DNA of 64,000 nucleotides from Entomortierella parvispora E1425 (GCA_020891255.1 BQFW01000006.1:372001-436000); one strand, 5' to 3'; shown: positions 24,845 through 37,464, numbered from the stretch's first letter. The notes: generated from the sequence alone by a model not told the origin. Numbers and translations: made by a program.

Positions 24845-25473
24845 CATTTGGTTTTGTTGCAATAATTTACTACTGCGCCTTATTGTGTAACTCTTTCCCT
24901 CGTTTTTAAAAATAATTGACACGATGATCGGTGAGGCTGATCTACACATCAAGTGAGATGGCAAAGGCGATATGACCTTTACACTACTCGCGATGATGCC
25001 AGAATGGCTCCAAAAGAGCCAATCGTTGAATAACACCGTCGCGTCCTTTGTCAGGGCTCAAATGTAGATCTCTGCTGACAACTGAGGTCCAAGCTCAGTA
25101 ACAACAGGCGCCTCATATAACTAAAAAAAAAAAAAAAAAAAAAAATAGGTCTTCGCGCACGCCAACGCCTCCAAGATCAATTGCTTCCATCGTCCCAAGC
25201 ACCCACTCTGAGAATTTTAGCGAACACGATTACAATGCTTAAACAAAAAAATGAATCTATTATTGAGTGTGAGGGAGAGGTTGGAGAGGTTGGAATTCCT
25301 GCATGTGCAAAAAAGGGTTCCGTGAAGGATAACGTGAGGCTGTGGGCATAGTCGCTGTGGATCCGGTCCTCCTGTCCATCCCATGCCGTTTTGTTTCTTT
25401 TTTTTCTGGATATATCGAGATCCTCAAGTGATGTCCTGACTCCTGCTGACTCCTCGTTTCCAATCAAACCACA

Positions 25474-25890
25474 CTATGCCTCAGTAGTCGAAGAGGGTCC
25501 ACGACCCTTCATATCCCGGTAGCAGTGTGTGCAAAGATGGTGCATAAGCTTGGCTTGGCCACATCCAGGGCACTGGACAATATTCTTCTGTGGCTGAAGT
25601 CCCTTGGTAGCTTGACGCATGCGCTTCTTGGAGTGAGAAGTCTTGCTCTTGGGCACGGAAGCCCAGACTATAGAGGGGATAAGATCCGAGATGTAGCTGC
25701 TCAAACGACCGAGGGCCGTTGTGGTGACTCCCGAGGGGACTGTGGACAATGCGGGGGAGGAGGAAGCGTCAGGGGTGTTGAAGGAAGTCGAATTGGCAAA
25801 AGTCCGAGAGGAGACGGGAGTTGAGAAGGCGGCGGTCCTGGCGGGGATGCCAACGGTAGCCCTTGCGGCCGATCGTGCGAGCGAAGACAT
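25474..25890 (-). CDS. MRPL32: Mitochondrial 54S ribosomal protein bL32m
   Basis: From ATG 25890: presequence-like MSSLARSAARA..., then ASVPKSKTSHSKKRMRQA and CPGCG...HHLCTHC zinc motif. Confidence 0.9.
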   Translation of the reverse strand: MSSLARSAARATVGIPARTAAFSTPVSSRTFANSTSFNTPDASSSPALSTVPSGVTTTALGRLSSYISDLIPSIVWASVPKSKTSHSKKRMRQATKGLQPQKNIVQCPGCGQAKLMHHLCTHCYRDMKGRGPSSTTEA

Positions 25891-26296
25891 TATGGAGAGT
25901 TGTGGCAATGTGAATGGAGACAGGAACGAGAAAGAGAGAGAGACGATCAGGGGTTGATGCAAGCCAGGACAGCACACGGACAGAGCAAGGCAATGGCAAG
26001 AAAGGGCACAGCAGGGGAGACAAGGAAGGGGAAAACAGGCCAAGCCACCAGACAGCAGATGTGACTACTAAAAATCAACCTTTCCTCTCTCTGGCTTCTG
26101 GCTTCCCTGCGCTGCGTTTCGTCGAAGGAAAATCTGCTGGGGGGAGGGACCGGGGACGGAGGGGAGCTGGGCTGGGCTGGGCGGGCAAGTCAGACCTCCA
26201 CATTTGCATTGCTTCCCTTTCTCCGTCCTCTCTCTTTATTCTCCCTCTCTCCACTCTCCACTCCCTCCCTCCTCTCCACTCACATCTCTTTCACAA

Positions 26297-27447
26297 ATGG
26301 CTTCTTGGGCATCGCAGTTGGGACAGAAGGTCGCCAGTCCCGAGTTCAGACAGTACCTCATGAGGTAAAGCCGGCTTCTCGGACTGACCGATGCTGCAGC
26401 TTTTGCGAAGCTGCCAGTGGTGCTGTGGTGCTGTGGCCAATGCCCTTGCTCCTGCCCATGCTGCACCCTCTACTCCTTTTTTATAACCACATGTGTACAT
26501 TAATAACTGACCACCTCCTCTTGCATTTTCTCACTTCCAACGGTATCTCTCTCTCTATAGCACTGTAAGTAATACACCCTGGAAGTGCAGTCTATTGACA
26601 GTTTACCAGAATAACTGGAATGACCAGGATGGACAGGATGATTCGAATGATGGAATGATGACTACAGGCAATTGGTGTGAATTTCTGAACTGTGATATGC
26701 CGCAAGAAATGCCTCGGGATTCACCTTCTGAAGAGGGATGCGAAACCCAAGGTGCCCAACATTTTTTTTTTTGGGAACCGGCATCGGAAGCATACGCGGA
26801 AAATATTGGAAAGAGCAGCCAGACGCGCGCACACATTGGGCTCAATTGCTTAGAGAACGGACCTCCTCCATCAGATATTCGTCGTGCTGCAAACAGCAAC
26901 TACTAGGGGTCTTGCTTTGATGTCGTCTGACGTTATCTACACCTGTTTACTGACCGTGTCCTTTAATCTCTGATCTTATCTCCCTCTACAGCACTTCTGG
27001 GGTCCTGGTAGGTGGCATTGGCGAAGATCAACTTTCAAGTCATCCTTTCATATCTATGACTTACCCCATCTCTTTCTTTATCATAATTAGTTGCTAACTG
27101 GGGACTTCCTTTGGCCGCCATCGCCGACTTCAAGAAGGACCCTGAGCTGATCTCCGGCAAGATGACTGGTGCTTTGACTGTGTACTCGCTCTTGTTCATG
27201 CGCTTTGCCTGGATGGTCCAGCCCCGTAACTACCTCTTGTTTGCCTGCCACGCCACGAACGAGACTGCCCAGCTTGTTCAAGGATACCGCTTCATTCAGT
27301 TCCACCAGTAAGTTTCTGTTATCTTTAGACAAGTAAACAAAACATTTAATCTAACGCCGCGATTCGATCCATGATAGCTTCGGTGGCAACAAGATCGAGG
27401 CAGGCAAGGAGGATCTCAAGGTCAAGGTTCCCGAGACCAAGGAATAG
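26297..27447 (+). CDS. MPC1: Mitochondrial pyruvate carrier 1; 5 exons (26297-26364, 26561-26564, 26992-27007, 27091-27307, 27378-27447)
   Basis: Spliced product [42 protein letters not shown]...[30 protein letters not shown]; all junctions GT-AG and phase-consistent only with the 4-nt exon. Confidence 0.92.
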
Positions 27448-28152
27448 AGCACCCGATTCGACATGTATTTCATAGAAAACTATTCTCAACAACGTACTAT
27501 CATAACCTCAACAAAATCATGACATCGCCTGAGCCTTCAAGGACTTTCGTGCTTGGCCAGAGTACCAAGTGGAGGAAGTAGAGTTTTTCAGAGTTGGGGT
27601 GGCGGAAAGGTGTGGTTGGTTGGTGAGGAAAGGAATGGAAGAGCGTTTGAGAGCCGACGAGGGCCTGGTGATGTCCAAGATGATGAGCCACAATGCAACG
27701 TGCCTCTGCGGATGGAGGGACAGACAGACGGATGGAGGGACAGGAGTCAGTAAAGGAGGAACGAAGATACTGTCATGTGCGATGGTGCTCTATCTTTTTT
27801 TTCCCCTCTTTCTTTCTCCCCCTCCCACCTCCCACTGTTTCGTCGCCACTGCCCCCTCCCGCATCCGATCCTCCACGCCCCAACCCACCACCACGGTATC
27901 GAGGACCTTCCCCCTTTTCCACTGTCTCTTTTTCTCTTTCCTTTCTCTCTTTCTCTCTTTATCTCTCACTCTCTCACTCTTGTTCATTCTCCCTCGCCCC
28001 TCTCTTCTTTTCTTTCTTCCTCCCTTTCCTCTCCCTTTGTCTCCCCCTCTGCTTCTTCTCTCCGCTCTCTATACCTCATACTGAACGCGCACTTTCCGCG
28101 CCTTACTCTTTCTGCTGTTCATACCTACATAGATAGACCTAGTCCAGGGCAC

Positions 28153-30617
28153 ATGAGCAGTACCAGCACAAAAAGAAGCAGCATGAACCCCTTGGCTGCC
28201 TCGTTTACGCCATCCTTTGCCAAGTCTGGCAGTGTCGACTGTGGTGCGTCAGACCACAGCGGTGACTATAGCAGCAGCAACCGACCCTCGCGGCGGAGTA
28301 CCGTCGAATCCTCCAGGGTAAGGATGATATACCCCTAGCGCGCCGTTTTTATATGTGCCGATCACCACTTGGAACAAAGAAAAAGAAAGAAAGACACGTT
28401 GCTTCCAACAAGCAAAACACTGTTTTTTAAAAAAAAAACATGGCATCAAAACAAGGGCGGGACGGGATCATTCGTCATTTCCCTTTGTTTACTTCGTTAG
28501 CACTTCCTTCTGTCCCTGCCTTCCCTCACCTTACTGACATACCGTTCTGTTGTGTGCACAAAACCCTTTGTTAGGAGATTTTAATTGCTGGCCTTGGTAT
28601 ATCTTCCCCGACTCTGGACTCGGGGGTTCGTTCTGGCCTCACTGTGAACACCCATGCATTCTCACCTACCTCAGCCCTCCGACAAGATCGCTCCACGTTT
28701 CAGGCGGCCGAAATGTCCCCCCTGCCCCTGTCAGCTCTCCCCACCGACTTTAACCCTGAAGAGTTCCGAATCAACCTGATGCGACAAATCTCGGAAAAAC
28801 TCGACACAGGGCTAGACCGCCACTTCTCCCAGCTGGTGTCGGCCTCTGCAGCCGCCTTGCCACTCTCCCCCGCGACATCGGATCATGATGGGACCCAGGA
28901 GGATAATGTGGTCTCGCAATTGAAGAAACTGCTCCGGAGCACCAGCGCTGAGCTGGAGAGAATCAAGAACAAGAACCAAGAATTGCGAGAAACCAACCAC
29001 AAACTGGAACTGCAACATATGGAGGCCGCCCATCAGGTGTCGCGACTTCAGGATTTTGAATTAAATAACCAGTTCTTGCTTACTAGAGTCAAGGAGCTCG
29101 AGTCCTGCGCTTCGTCTGTCGATTCGGTAGAGACTTCGTCCATGAACGGTCACCGAGGTCAACACCATCGTCACAGCAGCTCAGTCAGCGGCACTACCCA
29201 GCACAGCCAACACATTCAAAGATTAATGCGTGATGTCGCAAGTTTAACATCCGAACGAGATGCACTCAAGATTCGGAACTGGGAGCTAGAGAAAAAGCCA
29301 TATGCCCAACAACACCAGCAGAGGCCCGCCCATTTTGTCGATCTCGAGAATGAGCGTAATCGACTCTTGGAGGAACTTGGAGCGAAGACTGTGGCCACAG
29401 AAGAGCTGTGGACCAAGAACGAGGCTTTGATGGTCCGCGCGAAAGAGTATGAGAAACGTGTGTGGGAGCTGGAGGGTCAGTGTGCTGCTCTGGAGGAGGA
29501 GTGTGCTGCCCTGCCCACCATTCGCTCCGAACTCGTCGACATGGAGGCTCGTGCCGTCGCTGCAGATGCTCTCCTGCTGAAAATGCAAGATATGGAGGGT
29601 CAGGTAGAGCTGGTCAAGAATCTTCAAACTCGAATTCAAGAACTCGAAACCACCAACGCCGAACTAGACCACTCTAACTGGGATTTATCTGAACGGCTGA
29701 ACATTGCCAACAACCAGCACGCCTTGCTGACCAAAGAATTCGAATCATTCCGTTCAAAGGACAAGGACGATCGTCGACTTGAGTTCTTGGTAACCCGGAA
29801 CAGAGAGTTGGAGAGCTTGTTGGCTGAGCAGTCCAAGATTGCGCCAGATTACAAGGAGGAGCACGACAAGGCTCAAGCCGAGTTGGAGAAAATCAAAATT
29901 CGATTGCCCCAGTTGGAGGGACAGGCCAAGCAAGTGACTCTGTTGCGTTCAAAGATCCAGCTGTTGGAGAAACAAATCAAGACGATGGAAGAACTCGAGC
30001 CTCAACTGGCTGAGATTCAAAAGCTCCATGACCGCAACTTGTTTCTGGAGGGCGAACTTGGTGAACTCGAGCATCTCCGCGCTCGTGAGATGGAACTGGA
30101 GCATGAATTGCAGGAGTGCAACAGCCGCTTGGTTCAGTTGGAGACGAGCAAAACCCGCATGGCATCGTTTTCGGGCTTGAAGCATGGAACTCGCTCTCGC
30201 TCTGACTCTACAGCCACCCACAACTTGACCCTGTTCCATGAAGGCGAGGAGAACGCCTCAGAACTAAATAACTTGCAGCAGCCCCATTCCAACGCTGCAA
30301 GCAGGCGAACTTCCCAGTCCATCAGCACCTCAGATCTGGGTGGCGCATTGCCAATGTCCCCTACCAAGTCTGGCCCATCAGCCTCTGCCTGGCCCTCTGG
30401 CCGTAGTAGCATGAACAAGGCGGTTCATCGTATGAGCTCTAGTTCGAACTCTAGCTCCAATAACCTGATGAGCACCTTGGCACGAACTGCGGGATCCTCA
30501 CCCGCGACGTCGGCGCCTGGAAGCCCACGTGGATTTTCGGAGGGCTCGCAGGTATTCCATCCTGCGGAGACCACGGAGGAACCTGAATCCGTACTTAACC
30601 CACCCTCCACGGTGTAG
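28153..30617 (+). CDS. Long coiled-coil protein (~735 aa) with N-terminal PAM2-like motif; 2 exons
   Basis: Exon 28153-28317 plus 28575-30617 (phase-0 GT-AG intron); SSMNPLAASFTPS near the N-terminus; heptad-rich E/L/Q/K central region; Ser-rich tail. Confidence 0.75.
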
Positions 30618-30825
30618 TCACCCCCTCTCTACAATATCGGTGCTCATAAAAAAAATAAATATATGTGTTTACATTTAACAAGAGCGTGCTAGAAAAGCAG
30701 TCTGCCTTTTACGAAGGGTGAACCTATCGTGAAACAGTGATGCAGTGTTCAAAAGTTAGCTCTCACATTCTCTGTCGCGAGCATCTCCAACTCCTTCACC
30801 GCTGGCTGTGTAAGAATCAGGGGCA

Positions 30826-33800
30826 ATGTCAGTTAATCCCATTGCTCTTGCTGACCGAAGTACGCAAGACCGTGTAGCCATCGACCCCATGTTTCCAGGA
30901 CAAGTTCAACCTCTGAATACCCAATCGCTATCACCACAAACCTGGAGGTCGCCTCATGTGAACCAAATGCAGCTCCAACTGCAACAGCAGCAGCAACAAC
31001 AGCAATTACAACTGCAACAACAGCAGCAACAGCAGCAACAACAGTTACAGATGCAGATGCAACACATTCCCAACATTCCTACTCAACAGCAAATGCAGCA
31101 TCGAATGCAGCAACAATTTAATAATATCCAACAGCAGCAACTGGAACGTCCGCCTAATATCGAAGGATTGCAGGAGCCATCATCCCATGTAGCGTCCTCA
31201 CCACAAGTATCGTTTCAACAGGAATCACCTGTTCAACTTCAGATGCTTCAGCAACAAAGACTTCAACAACAGCACCAACTTCAGCACTTGCAACATCTTC
31301 ATCGACCTCAACAGCAGCAGATTCCAACTCAAATGCAAGTATCCGATCCACAATTGGCATCGATCCCGCAACAAGCTGTATCTCAACCTGGGAATTTGCA
31401 GACGCAGCAAATGCCACCGCCACCTTCACAGACTGTATATCAACCACAGTCTTTGCCAGGTCTTTTCAGGTATTTGCGATCAACATGATAGAGTTGAACC
31501 ATCAGTTCACCTGTATTGCTGTATTGGCGTCTAATACCCCCCCACCGCATCTCTTTGATAGATCTATAGGAATGGATTCGCCAGAGGAACGGGAATCAAA
31601 GGCTCTTTTAAAGCTCATGGAGTTTTCTGAACAACTCCTGCTTCAACCTGAGGTAAATGCGCCGTGATCATGATAAGGTAGTGGATGATGAACGAGCTCC
31701 TAATGTCCATTTTTTCGATAAACACTAGAATGAGTCCATTCAGTTTTGGCAGAGACTGGTTTCTAGATTCTATGGTGATGGAGGGAGACTGCGATATATC
31801 CTGGTAAACCCCAGTTCTCAAGAGATGAAGACTTACGGTACGTGCATCCCTCTTTTGTGTGTGTGTATGTGTATGTGCGTGTGTGTATGTGTATGTGCGT
31901 GTGTGCGTGTCTGTGTGTTTGAAAGGCGTCATCTCATTTTCGCCTTATCGGTCTCTTTCGTTATAGAACTGCTAGCGCCATCACTCCCTCGCTACTATCT
32001 CGGAAATCTGGAGGCTGGAGTCAACGAGATGCAAATGATCTTTGACAAGACAACTGTTCACAATGGATCACTTCCGCTGTTTGCGGAATGCCCGAATATG
32101 ACACTTGTCTCTCACTATACGAATGGCTCCAGAGTAATAATCTATCTTTGCATCTTTTTGTCAATTTTTGGAGTATATGTAGCACACTCTAATCATCTGA
32201 TACTTCTAGGTTTTTGCTACTGGGACGCTGAAGGTTACGTTTACAAACGATTACAAATTTGATCTCCTTGAGCTGAAAGCACTCGACTTTCGGGAATACA
32301 TTCCAAGGACACTGGAAGATCCTTCCACTAGTCCAACTGACGTCAAACTGGAAGGAAAGAAAAAAACAGGTTCAAAGCGCGCTCTGGCCACACAGAAAAA
32401 GCCTCCTCAAACTATACCCGAGAGTGTTGTCAATGAATTCGGGATCGCGGCAAAAGCTATGAGACTCTTGGATGTAAGGCCTAATAGCTAGTATTACTGA
32501 ATTTGGTGTGCACATTTATTCTGCTTGCACTCCTACTGACTCGTTGTGTGGTTACTTTGCAGATCTCGGACATATTCTCCAAAATGAACGAACTTTTCCA
32601 ACATAGCGCACAGACCAAACATGGAGCTACAGGTGAGCGTTCGCCTCACAACCTTTATCACCTTTTATTGCTAGTTGTCTAACCTATTGCCTTTATAGAG
32701 TCCCTTACCGTGTATTCTCAGCAACTTCGTGAACGGCTTACCCTTATCAGGACAAGACAACTAAGCCTGCAATCTCAATCAAACTCTCCCATAATGGCGG
32801 GCCATTACGCTTCAAATATGTCGCCTATCTCCATGAAACGGAGGACATCGACTGGATATAGCCCCAATGACCAGGGATTCATGGCTTCGCCTGTTCCTTC
32901 ACCGGCGCTCGCGGTAGCCCAGGCCCATGTCAGTATAGGCATGGTGACTCCAGTAATGGCTCATTCTGGTGCCGTGGTCCATAGTGGTGTCATTAATGGC
33001 CATCCAAGCCCAACATCAGGTCCTGGCACTGGCTTGGGTCTAAGTATGGCAGGGTCTCCGATGCAAGTTATGTCCCCCTCAATCTCGTCTCCCACCTTTA
33101 TGTCGACCGTCTCTGCTGGCGCCTCGGGAAATCCAAACAAAACTAGCAAGCGCATTCGAACTGCATCCGCGACTCCAACTCTTGCTCCCTCGAACTTGGC
33201 AACGTCGGCTGGAGTGAAGAACGGACCGGCTGTAGGCACAAATGGAACAGGTCGGAATCGTAAAAGTACAACGCGGAAAGACTCTGCGGCAAAGAAAAAA
33301 AATGGGGGCGTAGACGGTGGCGATAATTTGATCGAGGAATCACCTTCCGCAGCGGCAGGTCCGCTTGGGAACGCAACCGGCTCCAGCACTGCAGGACAGA
33401 GCATGGCCAACAGCCCAAGCCATACCCTGATAACAGGAACCAAAGAGGCGAACGAATCTGGATCTATGGCAGGGAAGAGCAATGGACTGCAGTGCGCTGG
33501 GTCTGGGGTGCCCAACAACCCACAGTTCTACATTCCACCTCAGTCGACTGTCCCAGTATCAAGTGAGGGCCAGTTTGTGGGTGAAAACCAATCGAGAGGT
33601 ACAGGAGGGGCAGTGCTATTTTCTTCCTCTCAAATAGACCCAGACCCATCTCACCGCATGGTGGGAAATGATAGTGATCCACAAGGACAGAGAGGCATGC
33701 AAGGTCTTCATCCGGGGTTGATGCAGATGCAGCAGCAGTACCAACAGCAACAGCAACAACAGCAAAGTCATTTACTCGTACAGCACTTCCAGCAGCAACA

Positions 33801-33984
33801 CCAGTTACAGCAACAGCCGGGCATGCAGCAGCACCTTCAGCAGCACCAACAGCAAGAACATTTAGGGTCTATTGGTGGCATGTCGTCCGAGGGCGGCGTT
33901 GTTGTGCCCTCGATGGTCCCCAATGCAGGCCCACCAAATGCGGCGTTGTTGGGCTCGATGGATTTCGGCCACGCGTCGAGATGA
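30826..33984 (+). CDS. LIM-domain-binding (LDB/SEUSS/PtaB-Mfg1-like) transcriptional co-regulator with polyQ tracts; multi-exon
   Basis: PolyQ N- and C-termini; central exons give LLKLMEFSEQL, FWQRLVSRFY, ELLAPSLPRYY, HYTNGSRV, FREYIPR and VNEFGIAAKAMRLLD, matching the LIM_bind domain. Confidence 0.8.
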
Positions 33985-34197
33985 GACCTGCGACTTTGAA
34001 TCAACTCAAATAAAGAACCAAGGTCCGCGGAGCACACCAAAAACACTCCCTCGCAGACACCTTGGCAGACACCTTGGCAGACACACACAAACACAAAAAC
34101 GCAAAAAAAACACGCACGTACCCATGAAAAGATGTCAATTGACAGAGACGGACAGGGTAGGGTGGAAAGAAAGAATGACTTGAGTGTGGGCCCAAAA

Positions 34198-35216
34198 GAA
34201 GCTCTGAACCCAGCCCCTCTTTGCTCACTCCTTCACTTCAGAGGGGCTGGGCGCAAATCTCACCCTTTCCTATGGATGACCCAAAATAATTTTTTCGTCC
34301 AAAAAAGGAAAAAAAATTCTCTGATAAATAGTGTAATTTAAAAACTTTAAATAAATTCACTCTAATAATAATAAAATAGTGAGAGTAATGCCAGCCATGC
34401 AGCCATGCCATCGCTCGTCGCCCGGCTTGAATGGGGTTAATTTCTTCCATTTTTTCATTTTCAATGCCACCACTTTCTTTCATAAACCCCGCGTTCCGAT
34501 CTTGCATTCAGCTCCTGCCACCTCTTCTTTATACCCTTCATCTGATTAAATGACAAAGATGGCAAGCAAAAGACCAATCGAGCAGAGGTGAGGAGACGCG
34601 TCTCGGGTGTCCATGATGCTCAGAGTCGCCCACGCGTCCATCTGCTCATTTTCTTCATCTCTTCATATTTTCTGTTGTAGTCATGATGCTCTTAGCAAAT
34701 CTGATCAAGATATCCCGGGAACGCCGAGAAGATCGCGTAGCACCAAGGTGAGTAGCTTGATGTGGTGCCTGGTGGCCTCTTCCTGGTGTGGCCTCTTCTA
34801 ACTCTGTGATTTACAATAGGGTGAGGGACGATTTCGTCTTGATTCCCCAGGTGCTCCTCCGCGAACCCCGCAAACAACACAAACCCCACGAGCACCACGA
34901 GCACCACGAACTCCACGAACCCCGCGCACCTCACAAACCTTACAAACGCCAAGATTCATACAGTCACCAATTGTGGCCAACCAAGTATGAAAAAAATCGT
35001 TAAAAAATATGTGCTGCTCGCGTTTTCTTTTCTAACAGATGTATCCACCTCCTCCCATTCATATCGATTAGGGAACTACCAATGGTTCTGGTGCTACCGA
35101 TATGGCCCAACCTTTACCCTTTGTCATGGAGGCACAGGCTCTTTCTCCGACTTCTCAGGCTGCGTACATTGGAGGATCAACGCAATTCAACATTGGAAAA
35201 AATTCGACGCCACCCA
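34198..35216 (+). repeat. Left terminal inverted repeat (1019 bp)
   Basis: Reverse complement of 40772-41790; mirror ORFs in the six-frame track translate identically (e.g. 34238-34507 vs 41481-41750, 34692-34952 vs 41036-41296). Confidence 0.95.
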
Positions 35217-37464
35217 TCACTGGAGAAGAACCGCCACGACTCAATGTTGGAGAGAATTTGACGCGATCCAATGTTGGAGAAGAATCGCCGCGACCCAGCA
35301 ATGCGTCGGAGGAGTTGACGTTCGATCCTTTCTGTGATAACACTGATGGAGAACCAATCATGACGTGGGGTTCTGATAACTATTATGTAAGAACCCCTTT
35401 GAGGAAAAAGTGGTCATCGATGCAGCCATCGTCATCAGCTCCTTCTTCACCCGCCAATTCTGTCGGCTCTCCGTTGCAGTCATTCTCGTCACCATCAAAT
35501 GCGGTTCTTAGCCAACCTTTACCGTTTATACAAAAAAGCGATGAACGCGAAGACGAGAGTGATGTCCAGGTAAGTCGAGTTTAATTATGAAATGGCGATG
35601 TTCTGGACTTGCATTAACTCTCACATTAAAATGCATATATGTCTGTAATCTTCATACTGCAGGATCCATTATGTAAAGAGGCTATTCAAGCTTGCCGAAA
35701 GCGTTTTCATCACTCACCAAAGGAGGAGCAGCTTCGTGTTGTCAAACATATATACAACAAGCAGGATTGCTTACTGCTTGCGCCCTGCGGGTGGGGAAAA
35801 ACACTTGTATTTTCTCTGCCAATGGTGATGTGGAAGGACAAGATTACGGTCGTCATTTCGCCGTTGATTGCCCTGATGCAGGATCAGATAAAGGTATGCC
35901 AGCATACAATATACCAGTCTAACAGGTATACTTTTTTCTAACATATCGCGCAATGCGACCCTGTGTTAATACTCTAGAAACTCAAAGAAAAGGATGTCAC
36001 TTGTTTGCTACTCTCGACCTACAACGGCAATCGAGTTAACGACAGTGACATTAAATTAGTTAAGGAGGGACATTACAGAGCTGTGTTCATGTCGCCAGAA
36101 GTCATTTTCGGGAAAGGATCTACTGCATGCAAGGTTCAGGACCTTTGGAACAATAAGTATTGGAAAAGTCAACTATGCTCCATCGTCGTAGATGAAGTCC
36201 ACTGTGTAGATAAATGGAAAGATTTTCGGCCGTATTATTCGCAAATTGGATCATTGCGTGGTAAGGTACCTGGGGTGCCGATCGTAGGCCTGACTGCAAC
36301 CCTCCCACCCGATTCGCTCCAGGAAATCAAGAATAGCGTCTTTCTCGCCTCGTCCACCGTTCATGTCATTCGTGTGGATGACATTCGTGATAACATCCAG
36401 CTCGAAGTTCATACCTTTTCACTAAGGAATCGAGTCAGACAACTGGCGAAGTTGCTGGACAATACAAAGACGATTGTCTATTTTGACAGCATCGCACTTC
36501 TCAGAGATGTACAGGACAAGTTAAGGCCATTGAGGCCTGATCTGCGAATGGACGCATTTTTCTCAACCCGCCTTAGTTCTTCCAAGGATAAAGTCCTGCT
36601 CAAGTTCATTAATAGCGAGATTGATGTCCTGTTGGCTACTGATGCCTGCGGCATGGGATGCGATATCTCAGATGTTATCACTGTGTTCCAATATGAGTAA
36701 GTTGAAACGTAACTAAGGTTGGACAATGCGGATGAAATGAGAGACGATCTTACTTACTTCAAGATATTTTCAATGATATGAAGTCTGCCTCACGATTTGA
36801 CGAGTCTTGTGCAGAGGTTCGGTCGAGCAGCGAGGGGTCCTGGAACTAAAGGCTTTGGGATCCTCTTGGCGCCTCCAACTACCAGCAGGAAATACAACAA
36901 GAGACCTGACATCTTAAATTTCGTTGCCCCCCAATTGACAAGGACAAGGACAAGGAAAAGGACAAGGAAAAGGACAAGGACAACAGTCGGAGGAAATGTC
37001 GGTGGCATGTGGTGGATGAATATCTAGGGAACAAAATATCCTCTCGTACCAAATGTTGTGATGTATGTCTCGGTGAGTCTTGTCGCCGCAAGACGACCGA
37101 ACTTACTGGTCAAATTGGGCCCGAACTGACTATACCAAAGGGGAAGAGCGCGGACAAAGATCAGGATGTAGGGAGGAACAGGTTATTGGAGTGGAGGAAG
37201 AACGAGTGCAAAAAATGGACAGGAGAAGAAGTGTCCTTCGTGGACTTCGAGCTTTGCGTTTTGCCCGATAAAGTACTCGCAAGGTTGTGCTACAAGCTCT
37301 TTGCGGCCACCACTACTGAAATGGTGAGGTTGATAGCTGACAGCTGTGATTTTGTGCCAGTGGATTGCGATCATTTTGAAATGATCGCTGAGGTTGTGGC
37401 GAAAGCCCTGGGCGAGATAGAAAGTACGAAAAATGATCAAAATTCCTTGGTAGTCGAAGAATAG
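34559..37464 (+). CDS. AcademH RecQ-like DEAH helicase; 7 exons, the first 3.5 inside the left TIR; one +1 frameshift in a C6 run (36927-36932)
   Basis: Exons 34559-34587, 34681-34747, 34820-34984, 35072-35569, 35663-35893, 35978-36696 and 36784-37464 are phase-consistent; motifs APCGWGKT, ISPLIALM, VVDEVH, GLTAT, ATDACGMGCD, QRFGRAAR, CRW...CCDVC. Confidence 0.8.

Noticed and set aside
25123-25145. A23 tract as a retroposed poly(A) tail
   Set aside because: No TSD or recognisable upstream retroposed body; it lies in ordinary intergenic DNA between convergent genes
25891-26043. Upstream extension of the MRPL32 ORF
   Set aside because: Non-ATG start in pyrimidine-rich 5' UTR sequence; the presequence-like start is ATG 25890
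26595-26920. ORFs of 60-103 aa
   Set aside because: They lie within MPC1 intron 2 and have no motifs
31850-31920. GT/AT microsatellite giving ORFs rich in CV or HT repeats
   Set aside because: Intronic simple repeat within the LIM-domain-binding gene
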